Position numbers and translations under genes: made by a program
The notes under the pieces: model-generated
Database searches by the model: none
The model's input: the letters and a program-made list of their open reading frames with translations, nothing else
Told to the model about the DNA's origin: nothing
Part shown: piece after piece, positions 30,299 through 38,853 of the stretch
Layout: every line of letters begins with the position of its first letter
Position numbering within the stretch: position 1 is the first letter of the stretch
Assembly: GCA_947646655.1 (NCBI GenBank)
Contig: CANSHI010000004.1
Location: forward strand, 12,213-76,212
Length of the DNA: 64,000 nt
Direction of reading: 5' to 3'
Origin: an uncultured bacterium
GTDB taxonomy: Bacteria; Bacillota_I; Bacilli_A; RF39; UBA660

Positions 30299-30521
30299 TA
30301 AGTATTATCTTAGGTATTACAAATACGTACACTATGATTATTATTTAGGTTATGAAAATCAATATGGACATATGGTTGTAAGTATACTTGTTATACAAGA
30401 TAAAGGGTTGGTATCTGTAAATGATTTAAGAGAATACATGTTACAGAAAAATAGACGTAAAATAGGTCTTAAAGAACGCTTAATAAATCGAGGAATCGAT
30501 TTATTAAATAAATTAAAATGA
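30267..30521 (+). CDS. Phage hypothetical Tyr-rich protein
   Basis: Overlapping ORF within the operon. Confidence 0.6.
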   Translation: MLLLYYNPTYDKYYLRYYKYVHYDYYLGYENQYGHMVVSILVIQDKGLVSVNDLREYMLQKNRRKIGLKERLINRGIDLLNKLK

Positions 30522-30541
30522 GTAGAAAGGAGTATGTGTTT

Positions 30542-30748
30542 ATGGGTACATATATTTTACTCGAAGGTGCCACTACTGGTATGGAAGGTATCGTTTCACA
30601 ATTAACAACTGGTGTAACATCAGCTGGGTTATTTGGAACAGTATCTCAAATTTTCCCATTCATTATTGTTATGATTGGATTTGCCTTCGGTTATAAAGTT
30701 CTACGTAAAGTAGTCAAAGGTGCTTCTAAAGGTAAAGCTAATGTTTAG
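30542..30748 (+). CDS. Major coat protein (pVIII-like)
   Basis: 68 aa; amphipathic N-terminus, TM FPFIIVMIGFAFGY, basic tail KVLRKVVKGASKGK; strong AAGGAG RBS. Confidence 0.8.
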   Translation: MGTYILLEGATTGMEGIVSQLTTGVTSAGLFGTVSQIFPFIIVMIGFAFGYKVLRKVVKGASKGKANV

Positions 30749-30782
30749 TTTTATCTTTTTATTTTAGAAAGGATTTGATTTT

Positions 30783-30896
30783 ATGTTTGAAGTTGCCACA
30801 ACTTTTTTAGAACAATTAATCACATTATTGCCTGGTTTAATTAGTTTATATATTTTATTTGATTTAATCGGTGCATTACTGTTTGGGAAGAGGTGA
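30783..30896 (+). CDS. Minor coat protein (pVII/pIX-like), 37 aa (not in ORF track)
   Basis: MFEVATTFLEQLITLLPGLISLYILFDLIGALLFGKR; AAAGGA RBS. Confidence 0.65.
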   Translation: MFEVATTFLEQLITLLPGLISLYILFDLIGALLFGKR

Positions 30897-30901
30897 GGTG
30901 T

Positions 30902-31249
30902 ATGATTTATGTTCCTGATACTAGTTATGCTTGTTATTTTTTATATAACAAAGACACTATTAGAGCATATCGAACTATGCCATACAACCCTTCCTATAAC
31001 GGTGGTTCAGTTAATATTGATTATCGTGATTACTACATTAATTCTAACTATCTTTATCAAGATAGTTATGAAAGCTTTAGCTACTATAGCAAGCTCCCCG
31101 TTTGTCTTGATACTTCAGTTCTTACTAGTGATGTTTATTATCGCCATGATTTTGATAAAATATTAATCATTTTTACTATATTGGTTATATTTTGCATTAT
31201 AATGCCCCTTAAAATCTTCTCTAGACTGTTTAAAAGAGGTGGACTATGA
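30902..31249 (+). CDS. Phage minor virion/membrane protein with C-terminal TM
   Basis: GAGGTG RBS; TM ILIIFTILVIFCIIMPL then basic tail. Confidence 0.65.
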   Translation: MIYVPDTSYACYFLYNKDTIRAYRTMPYNPSYNGGSVNIDYRDYYINSNYLYQDSYESFSYYSKLPVCLDTSVLTSDVYYRHDFDKILIIFTILVIFCIIMPLKIFSRLFKRGGL

Positions 31250-32451
31250 AATACTTAAAATATATCATAATGCTCTGTATTGCTTCTTTATGTTTTATTT
31301 TCATAGACAATGTGTATGCTTATGCAGTAATTGATACGAATTATGGTTACTTTTATCCAAGTGGTGTTGATTCTCTTGATTGGGGTCGTGAATGGGGTAC
31401 TTGGGGTAATACTTACGATAAAGACTCTCCATGGCTTTATTCACTTGGTTATTATTGGTCTGCTGGTGATGTAAAAGGTAGTCATATAACTATTAATGCT
31501 GATTACGAGTTGGGTATTAAATGTGAAGGTTATTCCGATTGTCGCGTTGAGAATTATTTAAATTCAGCTCAAAACAGTTTAAAAGCTTCAAATTTAAGGT
31601 GTGGTATAGGAGATTATAAAACTGGATATAATTCTACTTACTCTCCAAAAATTACAAATTTTCAAACACATTTTTTGCAAGATGATGATTTTTTAGGCTC
31701 TCAGTATATAATACATGTAAGATTTACTTATAACCAAGATATACCAGAAACTATTAAAAATAACACTAATATGTCATGTTGGTTTGAGAGAAACCCTTCA
31801 AATGGTTTGTTTGCTCAAACTATAAAAGGTCTTTACAATACTTCAGCTCATTACTATTACGCATCTTCTTTATTTCAATATGCCGTAACAGAAGATCCAA
31901 ATACTAATATCTTAATTGATATTACTAACGAGGGTAAAAAGACAAATGAAAAATTAGATGAAATTAAAGACCAAAATGATGCCATTATAAATAATGGCGA
32001 TGCCACTAATAACAAATTAGACGGTATTCAGGACCAAAATGATGCTATTATTAATAATGGTAATGCAACTAATAATAAACTTGATGAAGTAAACGGAAAT
32101 ATAACAGATAGTGATACATCAGGTGCACAAGATAGTGCTAACGATTTTTTTGGAAGTTTTGATGATAATGATTATGGCTTATCTGATGTTATAACTTCTC
32201 CTCTTAATATTATTAAATCATTAACAAATGGTGTTTGTGTTCCTTTAAAGTTTCCTGCTCCATTTGTAAATCAAGATATAGAACTTCCATGTTTGACTCC
32301 TATTTATAAAGAGTATGCTGGTTCATTCTTAACTATTTATCAAACTATTACTTTTGGAATAATATCTTACTGGGTTTGTATTAATATTTTTAGAATGGTG
32401 AAGAATTTTAAAAACCCTGATAATGATGAAATAGAGGTGCTCGATTTATGA
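31246..32451 (+). CDS. pIII-like adsorption protein
   Basis: Signal peptide (VYA|YA), Cys-containing head, 21-aa repeat stalk, C-terminal TM; longest structural gene, precedes pVI-like gene. Confidence 0.75.
   Translation: MKYLKYIIMLCIASLCFIFIDNVYAYAVIDTNYGYFYPSGVDSLDWGREWGTWGNTYDKDSPWLYSLGYYWSAGDVKGSHITINADYELGIKCEGYSDCRVENYLNSAQNSLKASNLRCGIGDYKTGYNSTYSPKITNFQTHFLQDDDFLGSQYIIHVRFTYNQDIPETIKNNTNMSCWFERNPSNGLFAQTIKGLYNTSAHYYYASSLFQYAVTEDPNTNILIDITNEGKKTNEKLDEIKDQNDAIINNGDATNNKLDGIQDQNDAIINNGNATNNKLDEVNGNITDSDTSGAQDSANDFFGSFDDNDYGLSDVITSPLNIIKSLTNGVCVPLKFPAPFVNQDIELPCLTPIYKEYAGSFLTIYQTITFGIISYWVCINIFRMVKNFKNPDNDEIEVLDL
31945..32088 (+). repeat. 63-bp (21-aa) tandem repeat, about 2.3 copies, inside the pIII-like gene
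   Basis: NEKLDEIKDQNDAIINNGDAT / NNKLDGIQDQNDAIINNGNAT / NNKLDE. Confidence 0.85.
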
Positions 32452-32747
32452 TTAATGCGATTTTACAAGGAATTATGTCTTTAATTATGGGCTTAGTAAG
32501 TGTACTTTTAAGTCCAATAGATTTACTTATAAAACAATTCTTGCCTGATTTAAGCGGTGCTTTTAGTGCTATAGCTAACATGTTTAATTATGTTGGTAGT
32601 TTTATGGGCTTCTGTGTAAGTGCAACTGGTTTATCTAGTTCTACTTTATCATTAATTGTTTTATATTATACTTTTAAATTAACTGTACCTTTATTGATTT
32701 CAACAATAAAAACTGCAATTAAATGGTACAATGCATTGAAACCGTAG
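32448..32747 (+). CDS. pVI-like hydrophobic minor coat protein
   Basis: 99-aa hydrophobic protein between the pIII-like and pI genes. Confidence 0.7.
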   Translation: MINAILQGIMSLIMGLVSVLLSPIDLLIKQFLPDLSGAFSAIANMFNYVGSFMGFCVSATGLSSSTLSLIVLYYTFKLTVPLLISTIKTAIKWYNALKP

Positions 32748-32795
32748 GGCGTTAGCGATATACTCGCGCGCCCGTAGGTTGGAAAGGAAAAAATC

Positions 32796-33440
32796 ATGTT
32801 TCAAATCTTAATAATATTTTTAGTAATTGCTTTAATAATGCGTTTTAGACATACTAGAATTAAAATTAAAACTTTTTTTAGAAAGGGGTTTGCTCCTAAA
32901 CGTGGTAAATTTGGTGTTTATTGCTATTGTGGTAAACAAGGTAGTGGTAAGACTTACAGTGTTGTAGAATTTTTAAGAGATGTTAAAGTTCCTATTTACT
33001 CTAATGTTCATCTTTATGGAATACCTTACACTTATTTTACAGGTTTTGATAATTTACTTGAACTTCGTAGTAAATCTAACTGTGTTATCGTTTATGATGA
33101 GATTTTTACTGCTTTAACTAAGGGCTCTAAGATTAATACTGATGTTCTTGACTTCCTCTCTCAAATGCGTAAACGTCAAATAATCTTTATTACAACTGCT
33201 CAAGAATGGTTAGAAATCAATATAACACTTAGAAGATATTGTAGATATCAAATTGACTGCAAAATGCTTAATATACTTGGGTTAGGAATTTTAATTAAGA
33301 ATTTTTATGATGCTGAGCAAATGAAATGGTCTCAAGAGGATAACGAGTATGTCGCTCCTCTCCTTGAAAGTACGATTTCCAAATGTAATCTTGTTGTTGC
33401 CAAGTCTTATGATACTTTTGAGCAAATTTCATCTAGTTAA
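32796..33440 (+). CDS. Zot/pI-like morphogenesis ATPase with N-terminal TM
   Basis: Walker A GKQGSGKT, Walker B VIVYDE, Zot-family motifs SQMRKR, ITTAQ, LR. Confidence 0.9.
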   Translation: MFQILIIFLVIALIMRFRHTRIKIKTFFRKGFAPKRGKFGVYCYCGKQGSGKTYSVVEFLRDVKVPIYSNVHLYGIPYTYFTGFDNLLELRSKSNCVIVYDEIFTALTKGSKINTDVLDFLSQMRKRQIIFITTAQEWLEINITLRRYCRYQIDCKMLNILGLGILIKNFYDAEQMKWSQEDNEYVAPLLESTISKCNLVVAKSYDTFEQISSS

Positions 33441-33575
33441 AAAGCCCTTAGGCTTTTTATAGAAGGGGGTGTGGGGTCTTAACCCCACATATATATTCAG
33501 CCTCGGAAGAGGCACCTTAAAGTCGCATAGGCGACCCAGTCGTCGATATGGCCCCAAAGGGGTCTATCAGACTGG
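33439..33575 (+). other. GC-rich multi-hairpin intergenic region (terminator plus putative sso/packaging signal)
   Basis: Stems AAAAGCC/GGCTTTT, GTGGGGT/ACCCCAC, GCCTC/GAGGC, GTCGC/GCGAC, CCAGTC..CCCC/GGGG..GACTGG. Confidence 0.65.
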
Positions 33576-33578
33576 CAA

Positions 33579-33611
33579 AAGTTAACCTTCTACTTGACTA
33601 AAGGTTAACTT
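33579..33611 (+). other. Putative rolling-circle double-strand origin (dso)
   Basis: Perfect 11-bp stem AAGTTAACCTT/AAGGTTAACTT; loop CTACTTGACTA resembles the phiX174/pC194 CTTG|A nick motif; 34 nt upstream of rep. Confidence 0.7.
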
Positions 33612-33644
33612 AACCGAATTTTTAATAAGAAAGGGTCCCATAAT

Positions 33645-34418
33645 ATGAGTGTTAAAAGTGTTTATAATACGCCTATGCACTCACATGTAAAAATCTATAA
33701 CACGGAAATAAAAACCTATGCTGATGGTTCTAAAAAAATTAAATATCATTCATATGGTGTTGTAAAGGGTTTGAGCCGAAAAAGAGTAGGGGTAGGGGAT
33801 GAAAAAAATCGAGATTATTGTCGTTATAAAAATCTTTATAAATCTAAGCAAAAACTTATTGATTTGGTTTATCATAATGCACTTGTTAGTTCCTGGGAAT
33901 ACTTTGTCACATTGACTTTTGACCCGAAAATAGTTGATAGTTTAGACTATGAATGTGTTAGTAAAGCATTAGCCAAATGGATCGATAATATGAAACATCA
34001 AAACCCTAATATGTCTTATATTTTAGTTCCTGAGCTTCATAAAAGTGGCCGTATTCATTGGCATGGAGTGTTCAAAAGTGTTCCAAACTGGAAACTAGAA
34101 CCAGCTAGGAACGAAAATACTGGTCGATTAATATATAAAAACGGTGTCAAAATTTATAACTTAGTTAATTATAAGTATGGTCACACCACTGTATCCGAGA
34201 TACAAAATCAAGAAGCCGTTAGTGTTTATTGTAGTAAATATATGACAAAGGACATGATAGATTTAGATTATAAAAAAAGATATTGGAGTTCAAGGAATTT
34301 AGAAAAACCCAATATTGAATATGCTTACTTTAATGAAGAAAACTTAGATTTTTATATTGAGAAAGGCGAAGACCTGTACCGGTCCGAAAACACGATTTCT
34401 TTTAAATTAAGAAGTTAA
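33645..34418 (+). CDS. HUH rolling-circle replication initiator
   Basis: Motif I FVTLTF, motif II IHWHG, motif III YCSKY (two Tyr); stop codon lies inside att. Confidence 0.9.
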   Translation: MSVKSVYNTPMHSHVKIYNTEIKTYADGSKKIKYHSYGVVKGLSRKRVGVGDEKNRDYCRYKNLYKSKQKLIDLVYHNALVSSWEYFVTLTFDPKIVDSLDYECVSKALAKWIDNMKHQNPNMSYILVPELHKSGRIHWHGVFKSVPNWKLEPARNENTGRLIYKNGVKIYNLVNYKYGHTTVSEIQNQEAVSVYCSKYMTKDMIDLDYKKRYWSSRNLEKPNIEYAYFNEENLDFYIEKGEDLYRSENTISFKLRS

Positions 34419-34440
34419 CATAATATCTATTATGGGAAGT
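34413..34440 (-). other. Chromosomal dif site (= attR)
   Basis: Minus strand ACTTCCCATAA-TAGATA-TTATGTTAACT versus B. subtilis dif ACTTCCTAGAA-TATATA-TTATGTAAACT (24/28); located at the gene-strand switch. Confidence 0.9.
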
Positions 34441-34931
34441 TACGTATAATTATCTTTTATGTAGGTATTTGTTAATCTCAATTACTGCTCTGTTTTATCT
34501 AATACCATATTATCATATATGTATTTGTTCTTCAAATAGATTTTTCATTACTTGTCATATATTTGATACTATTTTTATATCATCAGTTTAATTTATTTTT
34601 ATTTATTTTAACTTAGCTTATAATATGTTTACCTTATGTATATTTTTATTTATACGATTAGGCATTCGTAAAAGAAGCATATAAGTTATTTACATTATTG
34701 TCTCCCCTATCTTTTTGAGATAAGGACAGTAGGGGGAGTTTATTAAAAAAATGACCTTTATGGGCCAATTTATATTTTAATTAAAGTTATAGTAATGCTT
34801 TTTAAATGCTACAAGTGAATTATTTCATTTGAAAAGATCCACGTTTACTAGTATGTACTAAAAACTCATCAAATAGTGTAGGGCAAAAGAAAAAAGTGCC
34901 TATTTTTAAAGACTACTCCCCTTCTCTATTT

Positions 34932-35708
34932 CTATACTTTTCTTGATTCAATCTCAGCCATCTTTGCAAAAACTTCTGCATAATTTTCACGAGTCAATTC
35001 AGAGTATCCTAATTCTCTTAGTGCTTGAATCTTAACCGTGTTTAATTGTTGAGTGCGAGAAAGCTTTTCTTCGTTACGTTGTTCGATTTCTTGAACGAAC
35101 CTTGTTCTAGCCTCGATTACCCTATTCTTACTTGCTCCTCCATGGCTATATAAACCTAAACCAGAGTGTATGATTCCTTCAAAGATAAACTGTTTATCTT
35201 CGTTAAAGGCAAACTCGTTAGGATTAGTAAATCCAGTAAGCTTACTAATATAAGCAAGAAAGTATTTTACTTCTGTAACATTTTCTAAAGATTGTAAAAT
35301 GTGATAAATGTATGTTAAAGCTGCAATATTCTCATCATGCTTAAAGTCTTCAGTAAATTTATCCTTTATAATATATGTTATATCAGAGAAAAGTTGTTGC
35401 TCCTCTTTTTTTAGCTTTTTAAGATCCGCTATATTATCGATTTCGATTGTATCCTTGATGCTCATGTTGAGCCTATTTTCTACATCCATGATATAGTCAG
35501 AAGTAATTTTTATTTTACTTAATGTCTTTTCATTTCCATCTTCTATGTCCAAAAGTTTAAATAAAAGTATTTTCTTTTCTTTAGGCCATTTATTGATCGT
35601 TTCTAGTTCGAGATAATTATATATCATCTGTCTAGAAACGCCTAAATATTTAGCAAGTTTTACTTTAGATATTCCTAATTCTTGTAGTATTTCGTTTAAT
35701 TTATTCAT
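34932..35708 (-). CDS. N-terminal XRE-HTH protein
   Basis: LGISKVKLAKYLGVSRQMIYNY; GGAGG RBS. Confidence 0.75.
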   Translation of the reverse strand: MNKLNEILQELGISKVKLAKYLGVSRQMIYNYLELETINKWPKEKKILLFKLLDIEDGNEKTLSKIKITSDYIMDVENRLNMSIKDTIEIDNIADLKKLKKEEQQLFSDITYIIKDKFTEDFKHDENIAALTYIYHILQSLENVTEVKYFLAYISKLTGFTNPNEFAFNEDKQFIFEGIIHSGLGLYSHGGASKNRVIEARTRFVQEIEQRNEEKLSRTQQLNTVKIQALRELGYSELTRENYAEVFAKMAEIESRKV

Positions 35709-35898
35709 TGTGTATAACCCTCCTAGTTTTACAATATCATTTTACAACATTGGACACTTGTTTGTCAAGAAAAACTTGACTTTTATAAATAATAACTTTT
35801 CGATATAAAACGACAATTACTGTGTAAAGCGACTATAAAGCTATAGATACATGAAGTTATATGTGATAAACTAGTTTTAGAAAGAAGGCTGTTATATA

Positions 35899-36822
35899 AT
35901 GAAAAAGTATGTACTGTATATAATTATAGTTATATTGGTTGCTGTAATTGCAGTTGGTGGAACATATATCTTTATGGAAGGAAAATTAAACAGTCAAAAT
36001 AATGAATCAGAAAGTAATAACAAAACAGATAGCAAAGACAATCAAGAGAATTTTAAACCAAATGATACAGGAGCTAAATCCGGTGTTGAATTGGTTAGTA
36101 CTAAAGAAGAAGGTTCTAATATAGTTCAAACGTTTAATGCTTATATGAATGGTAAAACTGTACCTGTTATGATCAAATATGAATATGGTAAAGATGCGTA
36201 TTACGCAGGTGAACCTGACGATTATGAATATGTAAAAGGTGTAATGAATGGCACTCAAATTTATTGGCATCCTTTAGAACTTAAAGGTAATTCACAAAAA
36301 ACGAAAATAATGAATACTGCCATTATTGAAGAAAACTTTACTACTAAACATTTCAGAATTATTAAAGGTACTGATAATAAGGATTATCTTGTAGTTGTAA
36401 CTTATAATTATGATTCTGGATATAAATTTGATGAATTAGATGCCGCTTTTGCTACACAAGAAGATAAACTGTATGTTTTTAATGACAATTTAGAAATGAT
36501 AAATCTTGATAATCCGAATGCCTGTGGTGAAACTTCTGGAATACTCGCTTATCCAAGACGTCAAGGAGTAGAAGTTAAAGAAGATCCTTGGTATTCAAAT
36601 GAATTTGATATTGATACTAGTATTAATGATAAAGGTGCGAATAAAATGAGAGTTAAAGTTGAAAATAACCAAATATATTACTTAGTACCTATCTATAAAA
36701 ATGACGAATGGAATGAGGGCACATTAGAAGAAAGAGTTTATTCTATAAGCAACAACAAATCTTCTTATAAAGTTATTAAGACTTATAAAATTATATCATC
36801 AGCAGGTGGAGGAGCATGTTAA
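35899..36822 (+). CDS. Membrane-anchored extracellular protein
   Basis: N-terminal TM, Asn/Glu linker, beta-rich domain ending in Cys. Confidence 0.7.
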   Translation: MKKYVLYIIIVILVAVIAVGGTYIFMEGKLNSQNNESESNNKTDSKDNQENFKPNDTGAKSGVELVSTKEEGSNIVQTFNAYMNGKTVPVMIKYEYGKDAYYAGEPDDYEYVKGVMNGTQIYWHPLELKGNSQKTKIMNTAIIEENFTTKHFRIIKGTDNKDYLVVVTYNYDSGYKFDELDAAFATQEDKLYVFNDNLEMINLDNPNACGETSGILAYPRRQGVEVKEDPWYSNEFDIDTSINDKGANKMRVKVENNQIYYLVPIYKNDEWNEGTLEERVYSISNNKSSYKVIKTYKIISSAGGGAC

Positions 36823-36867
36823 AAGAACTATTAGATTAGTTCTTTTTAATTTCATCGAAAAAAGACT

Positions 36868-37974
36868 TTATAGATACCAAAGTCTTTCTCCATTTTTATA
36901 AACTTTGTCGATTATGCCACTTCCTAAGCATTCTTCACCATCATACAAAACACAAGCTTGTCCTGGGGTAACGCCAGTAGTTTTTCCTTTATATATTATT
37001 TTAAGTTCAGTGCCACTTGTATATTCTATTTCTATAGGAATATCTTTACTTCTATATCTAAACTTGGCTGTACATTTAGTAGGACGTTTTTTACTTATAA
37101 AATTGATATCTGTTATGGTACAAGTATCACTATAAAGGTATTCATTAGTATCTCCAAAAGCGACATATAATACGTTTTTTTCAACGTTTTTACCTACCAC
37201 ATAATGTTTTTCTTTATTGCCGCTTATTCCGACGTTTCTCCTCTGTCCTATAGTATAGTTCATTAAGCCATTGTGTCTTCCTACAATTTCTTTTGTATTG
37301 ACATCGACGATATCTCCAGGATTAGGTTTTAAATAGTTATGAATAAACTTTTGATAATTTCGTTCTCCTATAAAGCAAATACCTGTCGAATCTTTTTTAG
37401 AGGCCGTATAAAGGTTTAATTCAGCAGCTATGGCACGTACTTCTGGTTTGGTCAAATGTCCGATAGGAAATATTACATCTTGTAAATTTTCAGATGGAAC
37501 TTGAGCTAGAAAGTAAGTTTGATCTTTGTTGTCATCTATTCCACGAAGTAGATTCCCCTCTTTCATTCTAGCATAGTGTCCTGTTGCTATATAATCGGCT
37601 CCTAATCTTTTAGCTTCCTTTTTAAATAAGTCAAATTTAATATATTTATTGCACATTAAATCAGGGTTAGGTGTACGTCCTTTTTTAAGTTCTTCTAAAA
37701 AGTATGTGAAGACGTTATCCCAATATTCTTTGATAAAATCAATACGGTGAAGTTCGATGCCAAGTTGTTCTGCTACTTTTAATGCATCATTATAGTCTTC
37801 TTCTTGAGGACAGATTGGACCCTGATTAGGATTGCCTTCGATGTCATTATTCATAAGCGAGTCCCAATTGCGCATGAAAAGCCCTATAACTTCATATCCT
37901 TCTTGCTTTAAAAGATAGGCTGCAACAGAAGAATCAACTCCCCCACTCAACCCTACTACAACTTTTTTAGGCAT
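36868..37974 (-). CDS. mnmA: tRNA 2-thiouridylase MnmA
   Basis: SGGVDS, TPNPDLMCN, ATGHY, DSTGICF, PGQ. Confidence 0.98.
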   Translation of the reverse strand: MPKKVVVGLSGGVDSSVAAYLLKQEGYEVIGLFMRNWDSLMNNDIEGNPNQGPICPQEEDYNDALKVAEQLGIELHRIDFIKEYWDNVFTYFLEELKKGRTPNPDLMCNKYIKFDLFKKEAKRLGADYIATGHYARMKEGNLLRGIDDNKDQTYFLAQVPSENLQDVIFPIGHLTKPEVRAIAAELNLYTASKKDSTGICFIGERNYQKFIHNYLKPNPGDIVDVNTKEIVGRHNGLMNYTIGQRRNVGISGNKEKHYVVGKNVEKNVLYVAFGDTNEYLYSDTCTITDINFISKKRPTKCTAKFRYRSKDIPIEIEYTSGTELKIIYKGKTTGVTPGQACVLYDGEECLGSGIIDKVYKNGERLWYL

Positions 37975-38058
37975 AATAATTTCTCCTCACTAATCTATAT
38001 TATTATAAAACTAACTAGCAAAAATTTCAATAATAACAGAGAAATCGATTAAAGAGTG

Positions 38059-38625
38059 TTATATGAGATTTATGAATAAACTTAAAATCTTATTACTTAA
38101 GAAGTAAATTAAAGTACTATTAATAATAACTATAACAAGGATGATAATAAATCTATAAAAATGGTAGACTATAGTTCTATATAGTTCTTCACGGTTTTTA
38201 TTTATTATACATTCGACGAATTTGATTATATATCTTATAGAAATAATACTAAAATACAACATGATTGCAGTGTATATGAGTTTTGAGACTATAAAAAATA
38301 ATAAGTAGAAAATAAGTCCTTTAGCATGAAATGCTGACAAGAAAAGTCCTAATGTAAAACCGATACTTAATCCTTCATAAAATATATAAAATATTATGGC
38401 TGGAAGTCCTACAACCGAAATAGACAGAATAAAGATTGCTGATATAAGTATTATGTTAGATATAAAAGTATTTTGATTAGTTGTACTGATAAGAGTTTTA
38501 AAACTGTCTATACTGCTACTTAAATCTGGTTTATAAGTAAAATAAAAAAGAAAGCCTATGATAATACCTATTAAAAATAATGCACCTACAAATTTAACTA
38601 AAAAATTATTTTTAAAATATTTCAT
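38059..38625 (-). CDS. spoIIM: Stage II sporulation protein M-like
   Basis: About 5 TMs; SVVGLPAIIFYIFYEG..IGFT resembles SpoIIM. Confidence 0.7.
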   Translation of the reverse strand: MKYFKNNFLVKFVGALFLIGIIIGFLFYFTYKPDLSSSIDSFKTLISTTNQNTFISNIILISAIFILSISVVGLPAIIFYIFYEGLSIGFTLGLFLSAFHAKGLIFYLLFFIVSKLIYTAIMLYFSIISIRYIIKFVECIINKNREELYRTIVYHFYRFIIILVIVIINSTLIYFLSNKILSLFINLI

Positions 38626-38710
38626 GTCAAGTTCTCCTAAATAATTATATTTAAGTCTTTAATTTTTATGAATAATATTGTATAATTATTTTAGTTGAGG
38701 TGAAAATACT

Positions 38711-38833
38711 ATGGCATATAAAGCTAAAAAGAAATCTAACTTAGGAACAAAGATTTTTGTCTGGTTTATGTTTGCAGCTATGTTATTTAGCTTTGTTGGA
38801 TCTCTACTATATTATTTTTTAGCAGTAAAATAA
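38711..38833 (+). CDS. 40-aa tail-anchored mini-protein, Prli42/DUF4044-like (not in ORF track)
   Basis: MAYKAKKKSNLGTKIFVWFMFAAMLFSFVGSLLYYFLAVK; GAGGTG RBS; own terminator. Confidence 0.7.
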   Translation: MAYKAKKKSNLGTKIFVWFMFAAMLFSFVGSLLYYFLAVK

Positions 38834-38853
38834 TCGGATTTTATTCCGATTTT

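Larger units (their letters stand above)
29311..34424 (+). mobile_element. Integrated filamentous phage (inovirus-like prophage), 5,099-bp unit, inserted at dif
   Basis: Zot/pI ATPase, small TM coat proteins, pIII-like protein and HUH Rep; 15-bp direct repeat AGAAGTTAACATAAT at 29311-29325 and 34410-34424; no integrase. Confidence 0.92.

Noticed and set aside
33480-33575. GC-rich stems as a tRNA gene
   Set aside because: No T-loop GTTC motif or cloverleaf spacing; the context fits a phage origin.
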